Both the position numbers and the translations under genes were made by a program. A DNA stretch of 63,968 bases, counting the filler, from Neolecta irregularis DAH-3 (taxonomy: Eukaryota): the NCBI GenBank assembly GCA_001929475.1. It is 3 parts of 3 records of this genome, joined end to end, with 100 filler letters (N's around TTAATTAATTAA, not from the genome) between each part and the next. Parts side by side here need not be neighbours in the genome. Positions count along the whole stretch, not along the records: positions 32,004 to 60,609 come from LXFE01000287.1; positions 60,710 to 63,968 come from LXFE01000290.1; 1 more part is not named here. The stretch is one strand, 5' to 3'. This document shows positions 50,335 through 63,832 of the stretch, one piece after another. How positions within the stretch are numbered: the stretch's first letter is position 1; each line of letters opens with the position of its first letter. The notes beneath the pieces were generated by a model that saw nothing but the letters and a program-made list of their open reading frames with translations, was not told the DNA's origin and made no database searches.

Positions 50335-51180
50335 CTACCAAACAAAGGGAATAAGTGCATTCCTTTGAGGATAGTCCTTGAATGTTCTCTTGAACCACTG
50401 ATGATTGGCTCTTGCTCTAGGAACAAGAACCGCAAGCAGAGCAACAACAAATACCCAGATAGGCGAACACTGTCTCCCTGCGGCAATCCCCAGTCCAATC
50501 CACTCGACAATCTCGCAAAAGTAGTTAGGGCAGGAGATGTACTGATATAACCCACCATATGGTATTGAATAGTCCTTCTTCCCCCCAGTTTTTCGAAGTG
50601 AAAAGAGAATTTCATCGTGGTATGTATTCCCTGCAAATCCCAATGTCCATAGCAATAAACCTGGAATAAAGTAACCGTCAGCCCGGCCGAGGCTCGAGAG
50701 CCACCAACCAATTGTAGAACCATTGTGAAAGTTGAATGTCATCGCCCCTAACCAAACGTAAAGATGAATGGGTTTTAGAGACTCTGCTCGGAACAGCGGT
50801 GCCACTAATGATCTGTGTGTATAATGTACCAAAAAAGCCAAGCCGATAAGCATGTTTCCGGTATTTGATAAATGGGGCGTTTGAGAAAAGTAATCGACAA
50901 TAAACATTATTGGTGATATAATCTCCATGGAGACCCAAGCAAATTTCCCTAAAGGGTTATTCGAAATGGCATTGTCGAGGATCATACCGGGAAGATTGAA
51001 CTTTGAGTCTTTCGTTGAGAAACGACCGTGATTGGCGTTTACAAGTAGAAACGCGGGAACAAGAACAGGAAAGGCCTGAAGAAAAATAGAGCGGGATGCA
51101 AAGGCCTTGTTGCAAAAGAGGGCTTCGTCCTGGGTGAGGGCATACCAGAGCAGTGTAACATACTGCTCGAGATGATACAT
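50335..51180 (-). CDS. 3-oxo-5-alpha-steroid 4-dehydrogenase / steroid 5-alpha reductase family protein
   Basis: HGRFS; AWVSMEI; HYTHRS; GNTYHDEILFSLR; YSIPYGGLYQYISCPNYFCEIVEW; ALIPFVW. Confidence 0.93.
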   Translation of the reverse strand: MYHLEQYVTLLWYALTQDEALFCNKAFASRSIFLQAFPVLVPAFLLVNANHGRFSTKDSKFNLPGMILDNAISNNPLGKFAWVSMEIISPIMFIVDYFSQTPHLSNTGNMLIGLAFLVHYTHRSLVAPLFRAESLKPIHLYVWLGAMTFNFHNGSTIGWWLSSLGRADGYFIPGLLLWTLGFAGNTYHDEILFSLRKTGGKKDYSIPYGGLYQYISCPNYFCEIVEWIGLGIAAGRQCSPIWVFVVALLAVLVPRARANHQWFKRTFKDYPQRNALIPFVW

Positions 51181-51347
51181 TGAACAAAACAAAGGAACGC
51201 GAACCCGCCATTTAGCTGAAAGGACATACTGAGGGATCGGCGCGCCAAGATTGCGATTCTCTCTCGATCATTTTTCTGTTCCGCTCTTGTGCGGAGTAGT
51301 GAATGCAAGAATCCTCCAAGGCACAAGTTCTGCAAGCTGGCTCGTAA

Positions 51348-52941
<1,594 letters not shown>

Positions 52942-52995
52942 ACAAAAGTACTGTAAATCTTGTAGCATAAATATGCGATTTGCTTGGTTCAATGA

Positions 52996-53342
52996 TCAAT
53001 ACTTCACTTTCTCAATGGTACATTCCTTCTTTTCCTGAGGTTCGTCCTTCTTTGCTTCCATTGCCTTTCTCTGCTTCTCTCTCATTCTAACGCAGTCAAC
53101 ATTCAGGCCCTGTAGAGCTGTCAGACATACGCATTAGCTTGTCTACAAACTCAGACAAACCGCGAGGAGAAAGGTGTATTACTCTTCAGCAGCCAATTTA
53201 TAACTCTTTCCATCCGCGTTCTTTTTCCCTTTATTCTGCTCCGCCAGTCGTTTAGAAGCTCTCTGTCGGTCGCGTTCACGCTGATCACCTCCTATCTCTT
53301 ATCAACCGAGATAAAGGGAACAGAATGATCTGTACGTGTCAT
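52996..53342 (-). CDS. Small EDRK-rich factor (SERF/4F5 family), 3 introns including a 12-nt microexon
   Basis: Spliced product MTRGDQRERDRQRASKRLAEQNKGKKNADGKSYKLAAEEQANAMREKQRKAMEAKK matches the SERF pattern MTRGNQRE...MxxKQKKA. Absent from the ORF track. Confidence 0.85.
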
Positions 53343-53682
53343 AATTAGTGTATGGGTTTCGGAAGAGAGCGTGACCAATCATAACAACACCTGCTGCGGG
53401 CGGCGGTGGCGCGTATACAAAGAAATTGCATTGCATAAATACCAATGTGGAGATATTGACTACAAGCAAAAGTGTGATTTGAACAAAGGGATACTAGAAT
53501 AGTTTGCGTCTCTTTGTCTGCACGTAAATACGCAAGACGATTGTTAGCCTCTAGGCTAAAATTATCGTGTGGGAACTAGATATTTAAGTCCGTTCCCCAT
53601 AATACTTTTGAATGAAAAATCATTTGTCTTTCTTCCTGTCTTTCATAGGACAGTTGTCTCTCTATTCTGTTTCTTTTGCACA

Positions 53683-54373
53683 ATGGCTGGTGCCTTTAAT
53701 TATGTTCTTCTCAACATCATCCGGATGGTGTCGATTACAGGATTGATTCTTTCTATTGTAACTAGTATAGTTATCATTGGGAAATCTGGGTCTAAGGGAA
53801 TGGAGTCGGTGTGTTGCTTTTTAAAGAAAGCGGTTAACTGTATAGGTTCGACAAGATTTTTTTGCAATGTTTAAACACTTGTTTTTTATAGCGCTTGATG
53901 CGTTGCTATTGCTTAGCGAACTGGAAGTGCCGTGGAGAGGGATATTGAACGACGCGCTTCCGCTGTTGGGACCACAGGCAAATCTCGTCGGGCTTGGGTT
54001 GTTTGAGGCAAGTTTGGGGGCCCAAGAGAGGGGAAGGCTAATTGACCAGGGTGCGCTGGGATTCGTCTACCTCGGAGAAACGAGATGTACTGTGGGATAT
54101 CTCGGTCGACTTGGGCCCGAATTTTTCAAGCTGCTTGTATCGACGGGATGCCTGCTTTTGATCGCAGGATGCCTTGTATTGATGATGGTAAGGGCTAGCA
54201 CATATGCTTGCTGATGCCCACAGAACATTCTTGTTGCTCTGAGAGTCAAGAAGATTCCGATTCGCGATATCCGCCGCCGAGGGGCCGCTGCAGAAGAGTC
54301 GAGTAAGTTTGGTGGTCTGGAAAAGGCACGGGGTTTGGAAATCAGCGCGCCAATGCATCATGTATACGGATGA
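53683..54373 (+). CDS. Fungal multi-pass membrane protein of unknown function, 3 introns
   Basis: About four hydrophobic segments (YVLLNIIRMVSITGLIL; LLLLSELE; LPLLGP; LLLIAGCLVLMM). Exons join in phase and end EISAPMHHVYG*. Confidence 0.7.
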
Positions 54374-54746
54374 TGCCGCGTATGTGTATTCGTATTTGTA
54401 TTTACAGCCACAAGGGAGAGCGGCCCGTTTCCGGGTGTGGCGTCCCGGGCCACATAACGCCGCTATCTTCGCCGCCGTATTTGGCTATGACCACATGAAT
54501 ATGTGCATCGCTGAGTAAATAGTGGGCACTGACGGTGCTGCTGAACAGGCGAATCTGCCCGGGCCAGGACTGCTGCGGTACAGCGGCTAAATTCCCGGGG
54601 TTGGTGCCGCTGATCAACGGCGGGTTTATTTCCAGGGGCGCCACCGGCGTGATAGGCGGAGATAGGCGCGAAACTAATTGCCTGCAGGCTGCCGCTGCGA
54701 TTCTTAAGATGCCGCTGCCCGCTTTGGCAAAACCCGTACTGTCCCA

Positions 54747-56850
54747 ATGTCGCCCAGCGCAAGACTCTTGGCAGTGCTCGCATGCGTGTTGCCCGCAGCA
54801 ATTGCGGCTCCAGCTCCAGTCATAAAGACAAGTCCCCAGCTGGGCTCGCCGTTTAATTCTCCTTGCCACTCCCTGCTGTACTGCCCCGGCGACTTTCTCA
54901 AGGAGATCCAGTTGACCTATGGCCGTGTAAATGACTCCAAGGCCTTTGTCGATATGCCCTCAAAGAAACCCGCGGCGGAAATCTTGCAATTGTGGGCCCA
55001 GCAAAAAGACAAGTCTTACGAGGCCGTTGCAAGTTTTCTCGAGGCAAATTTCGGAAACCCGGGAGATGACATTGTTCAAGCTCAGTTAGACTCGACTGTC
55101 AAAACTCCAGAGTGGATCACGTCTCTCGCAAACAAATTCATCGCAGGGTTCGTAGACCAAGCCTTCAAGTAAGTTGGTCCTTCAAATATCAACCAACGGG
55201 CAGTTATTGGAGTAGTCTCCTCCGCGTATACAAAAAGCCTGACTACTTTTGCGATGAATGTGAAACCTCAGCCATCCCTCTTCCATATCCAGGTATAGTC
55301 GCTGGAGCGCGTTTCAGAGAAACGTTTGTTGGATTTGCAAATGTCTGGTTAACGCTCTAGGTACTATTGGGATTCTTACTTTACTATCCTTGGGCTTCTG
55401 CTGTCTGGTTACACCGAGCAGGCATGGAATCAGTTGCAAAACTTCATGTTCCTCATCGATCAATATGGATTTATCCCAAATGGTGCGCGAGCGTATTACT
55501 CAAACCGATCTCAGCCGCCCCTGTTTTGCGAAATGGTATACGCATATTACTCATTTACTACCGACACGAATTTTCTGGCCCAAGCCTTTCCTTATATCGA
55601 GCGAGAAATGGAATTTTGGAGGACAAACACAACGGTCGATATTACTGTAAACAACAAAGTACACACCTTGAATCGATATGTTGTCTATTCATCGGATCCA
55701 CGGCCGGAGAGTTATAAAGAAGAGTGAATTTCGGCATGTTTTGAATGTAGGTTGACCCTCTAGCTTTGACTGCGCCAATAACAAGACTTTTTATTGGCCC
55801 AATAACACCCTTTTCATGGACAATGTACCGGTTCTCACCGATATAGAAAAGACGGATCTCTATGCAGAGTTAGCAACCACAGCTGAAACCGGAATGGACT
55901 TTTCCTCTCGCTTCCTCAACTCTCCATTCCGCCAAGGGACAAACGCTTGGGTTCTCAGAACTCTGACCACCAGATCCATCAGTACTTTAGTTCTTGTACA
56001 GGCCAGTTCTAATAGCATAGTCCCTGTTGATCTCAATGCGATTCTTTATAAAGCAGAGATGCGACTTTCAAACTTTGCTGCACTCCTGGGCATTCCAGAG
56101 AAACAAAAGAGTTGGTGTTCAATTGCCGAACTTCGAAACACCGCTATGAATGCATTGCTCTACGACGATTTCGAGAAGATATATCATGATTACAATTATG
56201 AGGAAAATGCGCAGATACGTCGTTATGCTGTGAGTTCGTGGACAGTGGATTGGGCGGGTATCATACGTCCTTCTGGCAAGCCCAGTCCAAGCGATCTTGA
56301 CACAATTTGGGCACCAATTAAACGTCGAACAGAGGAATACGTTGGAGGCCTTCCAACAACAGATATTGAATCTGGTCTTCAAGTACATATCTAATACTCT
56401 CCTATCCATTCTGACGTACAGTGGGATAAGTCAAATGTTTGGGCTCCGAACGTTTGCTTTGTTATCATGGGACTACTAGACACCAAAAATGATGCACTCT
56501 TGACCCTCGCGTTGCAAGTAGCCCAGGACTTTATAGATGCTGCTTTTTGCTCGTGGATTGATACACAAGGTGATCCAGCAAAGTCGTTCCAATCTACACC
56601 CGGATCTCAGGCCGCTGTAAATGGTGATTTTTTCGAAAAGTACAACGCAGAAAACATCAATATCGCAGGCGGAGGCGGCGAATACGGTGTTCAGGTATAC
56701 CTCCTTCTTGACTTGGACAATTAATCATCATAGATTGGATTCGCATGGACCAACGGCTTTATTCTCTGGCTTGTACATCAGTTTGGAGACAAACTACAAG
56801 CTGCTACATGTTCCACGCCTGTCCCGGGAAGAGGTTATCGCAAGATCTAA
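54747..56850 (+). CDS. Secreted alpha,alpha-trehalase (GH37), 6 introns
   Basis: Signal peptide; DSKAFVDMP; GARFRETYYWDSY; GFIPNGARAYYSNRSQPP; PRPESY; AETGMDFSSR; QWD..NVWAP; GGGGEYGVQIGFAWTNG. Confidence 0.93.
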
Positions 56851-57127
56851 ATTATCGGTGATTTACATTCGAATGATTCAGTTTATTATCTTTCTCTTTT
56901 GTTCTATTGTTTGAGCAAAGCAGTGTGATAGAATGTTTTTGCATTTGTGATTGGGATTGTTTTGTCTAGAAAATAGAAAAAAAGAATCACATATTTTCCA
57001 GATCAGGGACTTGAGAGGCTTTAGAGATGCATTGAGCAGCTCAGTGGCTTGCGAGGGTAAGTTGAGCCAGATTTGGTATACAGAAATAGCTTCTCGAAAC
57101 ATACAACGTCCCAATTGCCTATATATA

Positions 57128-59567
57128 TCACGTGACACATGCCACGGCCTTCAATGCATCAAGAGAAATCTCGCTAGCCCACTTGATAATCGCAAGTTCA
57201 TCTTCCGTACATCCAATGATACCCTTGCGAATATATTTCCGAATAAACCATCCGATTCCCCTGGCAAGTCGTTGATGGCCCTTCAGTTTCCCAACAATTT
57301 CAACAATTGCCAATACATTTCGTTTCGGTGAATATTTCTGACTGTGAAGAAACATATCCTGAAACATTACTTCAAGAAACGTCTTGGTATTATCTCGCAG
57401 TGCTTGAAATGTAAGAACCTATTTCATTAGTGTTATCAAGATAGAAAGAAAGAAAATCCCTTGAGAATGACAAGATTGATGGCTTGATTGGCAATTAGAA
57501 ATCCGTACAATTTCGCCAGGTTTGCAATTTTCCGCAAGGAAACCGTTTCATTCTGTCCATTAATGCCGCTGCCGCCCTCGTCGCCGATATCTTCACCTAA
57601 ATTTCTAAAGAAATCCCACAGTCTAAATTGAAAAGTGAGCCGAAATGATCGGTACTGCGAACATAAGCGCATGGAAATGAACGCATAGAAGGGGTTGTAA
57701 GATTTTTCGTTGCCGCAGCAATGTATTAATACTCGTGGTATTTCTTGCTGTTGGGCCTTTTTCAAACCAAGTTTTGAAATCCTGTCACAAGCATCAATAT
57801 AATCCTGTGTTCATTAGATTTTGTCAAGAGAAAGCTTAATGGAAGTACCTCACTACTCATAATTGCAATAAATATCATTCGGCGAACATCAGTGTTCATA
57901 CGCTGCGATTTCGCCAGTTCGGTAAGTTTTTCAGAATCATCTTCCAGTATCACAATGTCATCGTTTTCTCGATTATAAAGACCGCCAGTCCACGAAGCTC
58001 CTACTAGCCACCATTTCCCCTTTGTTTCTGAGGAGCGTATGTCGGATAGTGACACACGTAGTGGTTCAGCTGTTTGACTGTTTTTATAAGTAATTAGCCC
58101 TCCGAGAAATTTCTTCATGCGAGAGGTTGCTTCTGAGGCTGCAATTCCAGCGCTATCACCAGCTTTCACCCGATTATTTTTCAAATTAAGGATCGTTTCA
58201 ACCATGAATTTTGTACGAAAACTAGGAGTTAAAAATGGTTCCGATGAGAGTCGATGATTACCTCATACATGTTGGGTCTTGTTTCGAAATCCTGGTTTGC
58301 ATCAGAATAACGATTTCTTTCAAGGAAGATGGATCGTAATGTCTCATTTGTAAACCGGAACCTAATTTATTAACGGAAAGAAAAGAAAGCGATACTTGCT
58401 TCGGACAATTTTCAATAATAACTCTGTGTTTACCTCGGACAAATGGTTCAGTAAGGATCGAATGATATCGTATAATAACGTACACCCGACAACTTGAAAA
58501 TTGTACAACTCACATAACAAAACAATGATATTTGAGCATTCCTTCGCGGATTGTTCAGCGGTTTGAGTTTGAATGTCTGTATCATAAAACTTGTCGAATT
58601 GTTCAACGAGTGTTTGAACAAAATAAGCTGCAAAGGAAACACCGATACTTCGGTACAAAGCGGCGATTAATGCAGCGTGAAGAATGACAAAGGCTTCAAG
58701 CAAATGGGAATGTGAAGATATAATCGTTATTATAAGTGAAGTAAGATTCGAGGTCAGGATTTGTCTTGGATTCGAGCGATATAAAGCCTCGATTTCAGTG
58801 ATGATGTGAGCTAGATTTGCTTCAGATAAGCGATTGAGGAGACCCTTGAGTTGTCTTCGTAGACGTATTGTGTCCTCACTCTCGAGTGGTGTGTTTAATG
58901 CTTTGTGCACCGAGGGAGGAATATATTTCGCGCCGGATGGGATAGCAGGTTGATATATAGATGGTCTTAATGGCTTTGCGGGCTCCGACTGTGGTTTTCG
59001 AAGCTCATCCAGACCTTCCAGTAGGGCTATCTCGTTAGTCAACGCAGTATTGACCTTTCACTCACCATCCAAACCATCTTCCACAAATTTATTGCTAGAA
59101 GAAATGTTTTTTATATTCAGTTTTCGTTCCAGATGAGCGATCTTTGAATCTTCTTGTGCTAGTGCATCCTCAATAGCTTTATCAGAGACTCTATCGGTCA
59201 TAGAGCTAGTAGCCAATGCTATGGCATTATCTCTGGATTTGTTGAGAATAGATTTCACAACCGGCAGATCTGATTTCTTTCGCTGTTGCAAATTTATCTC
59301 GGAAAAATCTAGTCTTTGTGGTATATCGTAATCACTATCATTTTCAGACTTGCGTTTCTTTTGGTTAGATGTGAATGTAGATTGAATTACCCTGGATATA
59401 GAGTTTCTGACCTGTCTCTGTTGGGAAACTGATACACGACACGACTTGCGATTCAGTAATTCATCTTGATTTTTTCGATTTGTGCCTATAGAACCAAGAC
59501 CTAACTCATCTCTGAGATTCTTGGGAAGTCTGGTAATGGTTTTGGGATATGCTTTGCGCTGCTTCAT
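57128..59567 (-). CDS. sgd1: Sgd1/NOM1 nucleolar MIF4G+MA3 domain protein, 5 introns
   Basis: KYIPPS; RRQLKGLLNRLSEAN; ELYNFQVV; RTKFMVETI.NLKNN; KGKWWLVGASW; QRMNTDVRR.IF; EKSYNPFY. Confidence 0.93.
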
Positions 59568-59679
59568 TTTTTATCGGGAGGTTTATTTTTTCAATGATTT
59601 TGGCTTGGTCGCTCCTCCAGAATCTTGTCGAGCCATTCTGAATGTTTAACAAATATCAACTTATTTATGACTAATCACC

Positions 59680-60130
59680 ACCCTGCTCGCCCGTTACTGT
59701 CCTGCCCATTACCGCCCGCCCTCCTTACCCGTTACTGTCCCGCCCATTACAGCCCACCCTCCTCGTCCGCTCTGCGTGCGGCATAACAACTGATGACCCA
59801 CCTTGTTTCAAAATCGTTGTGCTCTCTGGCCGGATCTCAATAATGGGTATATCAACACTTTTCAAACTGAAACAAAAACTGAAAATCTTCTAGTTGGCTA
59901 TATTTGCAAGGTTACGAATATCCCTCCTCGCCCATTACTGCCTGCCCTCCTCACCCATTACCGCCTGCCCTTCTTGCCTGTTACCGCCTGCCTTCCTCGC
60001 CCTTTACCACCTGCCATCCTCGCCCGTTATCGCCTGTCTTTCTCGCCCGTTATTGCTCCCCCTCCTCGCCCTTTATCGCCCCACCCTCTCGCCCGTTACC
60101 GCCCGCCCTCCTAACCCTGCCTCGCCCTCT
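59680..60130 (+). repeat. Degenerate 23-bp C-rich minisatellite (consensus about CCCTCCTCGCCCGTTACCGCCTG) in two blocks
   Basis: About 8 copies at 59922-60111 and 3-4 degraded copies at 59680-59770. The Pro-rich ORFs here come from the repeat. Confidence 0.85.
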
Positions 60131-60609
60131 TCACCAGTTATCACCGCTGCAGCCACGGGAAGAGAATTATATACATAATGTAGCATTATACTTGCTTTTT
60201 AAAATATTTCTGCCCTGTTAATAAGATGCACTGTCTATGCTGCTATGCCTGTTGGCTCTACATGGCTTCAGGTGCCTGACCAGTGTTGGGGTAGACCAGC
60301 TAGATTAGTGAAGGTGATGTGAGGGGAAGGTCGGGTAGATTTTGTGGGAAATCTTATGATTCCATTGACCCCTAGGCGGAGAAGACCCCTTGTATCTCGC
60401 CTTTTTCAGGTACCATGAATGACCTGTTTCAAATACTGACGTCACGTGCTTGAGTCATAGTGAGTCAAAATGTATTTTCGGGAGCTGTAGCTCACATGTC
60501 TTTGAAACATTTTTCCGGATAAAGAGAATGGCCCCAGGTAATCTGACTCATTTCTTCTGAATCAGTGGAAATATGTTTCCCTTTCCGACAAAATTCTGCA
60601 AATGAGACG

Positions 60610-60709
60610 NNNNNNNNNNNNNNNNNNNNNNNNNNNNNNNNNNNNNNNNNNNNTTAATTAATTAANNNNNNNNNNNNNNNNNNNNNNNNNNNNNNNNNNN
60701 NNNNNNNNN
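60610..60709. other. Scaffold gap with artificial TTAATTAATTAA linker
   Basis: Same 44N-linker-44N structure as the first gap. Confidence 0.97.
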
Positions 60710-61501
60710 TATACTTCAAACATATTCCACCAACCAAGGTAAATACAAGGAAGTTAAGAATCCTTCCCATACCGTATGCGCAACACGGCCATACCACTCT
60801 ATTGGCGGGGAAGGAGCGTGAAGTGAGTGCAAGAGAGGATAATTGAGGCACTGCAGCACGACGGCCACAGTACAGGGACACCGGCGAGCAGCAGCAGTAG
60901 CAATTCCGGAGCGGTGTGGACAGCGAGGGCAAAACGAGATGGAATGCAGGGGGCCGCCCAAGACGCCCGAGTCGCGAGACAAGACCGACCGCAGTGGTGT
61001 AGGCGGGGGAGAGTGCAGCGGTAGCAAGCGAGAATAATCGAGATGCGAGGTGGGAGGGGGTATGGCAGAAAAACAAGGGAGATAGGTGGTATGTCCAAGG
61101 AGAAAGTGTTAGTGGTGGTTAAATAAAATGAGTCCTACCCAATACTCGATTCTCCTACCATACCCAGGGTTCCACCCCCAGGTACATCCAGTCCTAGCAG
61201 CCCTCTCATCCCTGCGTACTGTCCCTCCCTCGGTGTCCTGCCCTAGTCCGCCAGTACACTCGCACTCATCTGCCGTGCCCATAGCGATATTCCCATGCCC
61301 TCGCCTTAAGACCCGCCCATGCCTGTCCTTTTATACCACAACAGTGTGACCTCAATAATTATTGTTCCTATCAGAAAATGGCTAGTTAGTAGAGGTAAAG
61401 CTTATGGCATATCTTTTCTAATGTTCTAGGGTTACTTAAGTCAACAAGAGGATATGGTTGAAATTTTACAACGTTATACCCATTGTTACAATAAAGAATA
61501 A

Positions 61502-63832
61502 TCAATCAATTACCATTGTCACTATATCTCTATCACTATCCAATCCTGCTGATGTCATTGCTACAGCTGACAATACCTCTTTTTCAGGCCATATCCATTT
61601 TCCCTTAGTCTGCTGCTGCCATGCTTTTAGGCATTCGTTGGCCTCAATGATATCTTCCTTCATCGTCTGTCTCTGGCAACTAATTAGGAGCTTTGCTGAT
61701 GAAAATACTCTCTTGCATTCAGCAGACATTGCCGGTATTGATTGAAGATCAAAGGCCATTTGGGTAAGATCTGGCCATATCTTCTCATGTAATACCCAGT
61801 AACCAACTAGATCTTCAACTTCTTCATTGGGCCTATCGATATACTGACCATAGGATGTTCTGGAATCACTTGACCGTTTGCGACTAGAATTCATTTGTTC
61901 AAAAAGAAATCCCTATCCCCATGAAGATGAAGTATTTTTAGAGGGTGATGAAGTATCGGGGACTGAGACTGTAGTAGCATAGGTTGAAAATAAATTGTGC
62001 ACTTCTTTCTCTGCTGCCGTAAGCCATTCTGGATGATTCTCCCATTGCTCTCGTAGAAAATCCCATTTATAAACTGGGTTTAAAACAACTGCAGCCACAA
62101 AGGCATTTGATTTATTGCACTTCAGGTAGTATTCGCGAAGTTTTTTCCATGAGTTGTTAACAGCTGTTGCGAGATGATGATAGCTATGATTATCATCTTG
62201 GTAATAGTTGCTATCGGCCAAGGTCGTATAGTGATCTCGCTGCTATTCCATGTGGTTCATAAGGATAATTATTGAGGGCATGACCTCCCATAGTGCTCCA
62301 TGATGACCATTAGTTGCACACCCTTGTAATTCGAGAGTAATCTTCATAAATGGTTCCAAAATAGTCTTAATCTCCGCTAGAGTCTTCCATTCATCCATAC
62401 TTAATGTATCCTCTTTTAAACCAACCTCTGTTATACTACCATCATGATGGAAAATTGGTGACTCACGGTGGCGAAAGCAGAATAGGTAGACTGTATCTCG
62501 TAACTGTATCGCTCGGCTTATTAGGTTGTAGACTGAATTCCATCTTGTGGCATTATTAGCAAGGAGTTGTAATTCATCACATTGAGGATTATTGAGTTTT
62601 GCGAGCATCTGGAATTCATCACGTCGTTGGGGTGTTGCTCGAATATGGATAACGATATTATGTAATTTTCCAATTGGTCCCTTTTTTCACCATATCTTTA
62701 GCCGATCAGATTGTATTTGAAGGTCCCTTGCATTAATAGCTTCAATTTCAAATGATTCTGAATCATTCCCAAAAAGAAAGGCCTTTGCAGCTAAGTTAAT
62801 TATGTGACCAAGATATCGAAGCCTGAGTTGATTTATATCAAGATCTGGTCTTAATTGAGAAAGGACCTCTGCTACACAGGTATCATTTGACTTAGCATTA
62901 TCCAAAATAAAGTAACCAAGCTTGTTGGTAATATTATACTCCTTAATAATTTGAATAATAACTTCTGCCATATTTTGACCCGAATGACTACCTTGTATAT
63001 GACGCAAACCTAGCATTGTTGTACGAATAGATAATCTATCATGCTAGTGACCAACAACACCTAGCATAGATAGTTGGTTCGGAGATGTCTACAGATTAAA
63101 AGAGATATGTATAACACCTTTGCTCTTATGAAGTTCATCTTTTATTTGTGATGTTCGAGCTTCAAAAGCCTCCAAGATCCAAGCTCATATGGTATCTCCT
63201 GTAGATGGTAGGATATTGACAATTGCTTCTGAGCAACAACATAAAACATCTCGAAATAAGTTGTTTCGAACTACTGAAAAAGGAATATGACTCGAAACAA
63301 TCCAGGTAATAAGAGATAGTTTAAATTGATTCCAATTAATAGTTGTAATGAGTCTTGATGAATGTAATGATTGTGATGTTGCATGAATTTGTTGTAATAC
63401 CGTCAATGGTTTTACCACCGGAACTCCATTTTGGTCAATATTATGTTTTTTCTGAAGATGTTTGATAGCATGGGATGTTGATTGTATAGAGTATAACTCA
63501 ATTCCTTGCTTCTTTCTTTTACAAATCTCACATAGCCAGTAATGCTGCTTTGTGTGTACAGCAAGCCATTCTGAACCATTGTTGTTTTTCCATATACCAG
63601 AGGTCTTGGTACGATGAGTGCTGCTTATCTTTAGGGTGTTGACACGGATATATGTTTTTCCCTTGTGTATCAGCTAGTTATCCGGGCAGATATTGTCAAG
63701 GCTTTGAATGAGTGTATTTTGAGATATTTCGAAATCGTCGGGTAGGCCTTCAAGATTGCTTCGAGTACTAGAAAGGAAGGAGCGAGAACTTGAATCATTT
63801 GAAATAACTGAAGATTCACCAACTTCACTCAT
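61502..63832 (-). pseudogene. Inactivated hAT-family (Restless/Tfo1-like) transposase
   Basis: One 777-codon frame with 7 internal stops. BED finger (WLCEIC..HLQKKH), HSGQNMA, DNAKSND, GHIINL, TRWNS and the hAT dimerisation region (WPDLTQMAFD..SIPAMSAECKRVFSS). TIRs not confidently located. Confidence 0.92.

Noticed and set aside
59922-60111. CRISPR-like array
   Set aside because: Units are head-to-tail with no spacers, the DNA is eukaryotic and no cas genes are present.
59803-60221. Three overlapping Pro-rich ORFs
   Set aside because: They are translations of the 23-bp minisatellite.
60654-61349. ORFs on both strands after the second gap
   Set aside because: Low-complexity products of skewed GC-rich DNA with no recognisable motif. 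One runs into the Ns.
61342-61350. CAGTGTG as the hAT terminal inverted repeat
   Set aside because: No inverted partner lies in the window. The copy near 63853 is in direct orientation, so the TIR and TSD cannot be confirmed.
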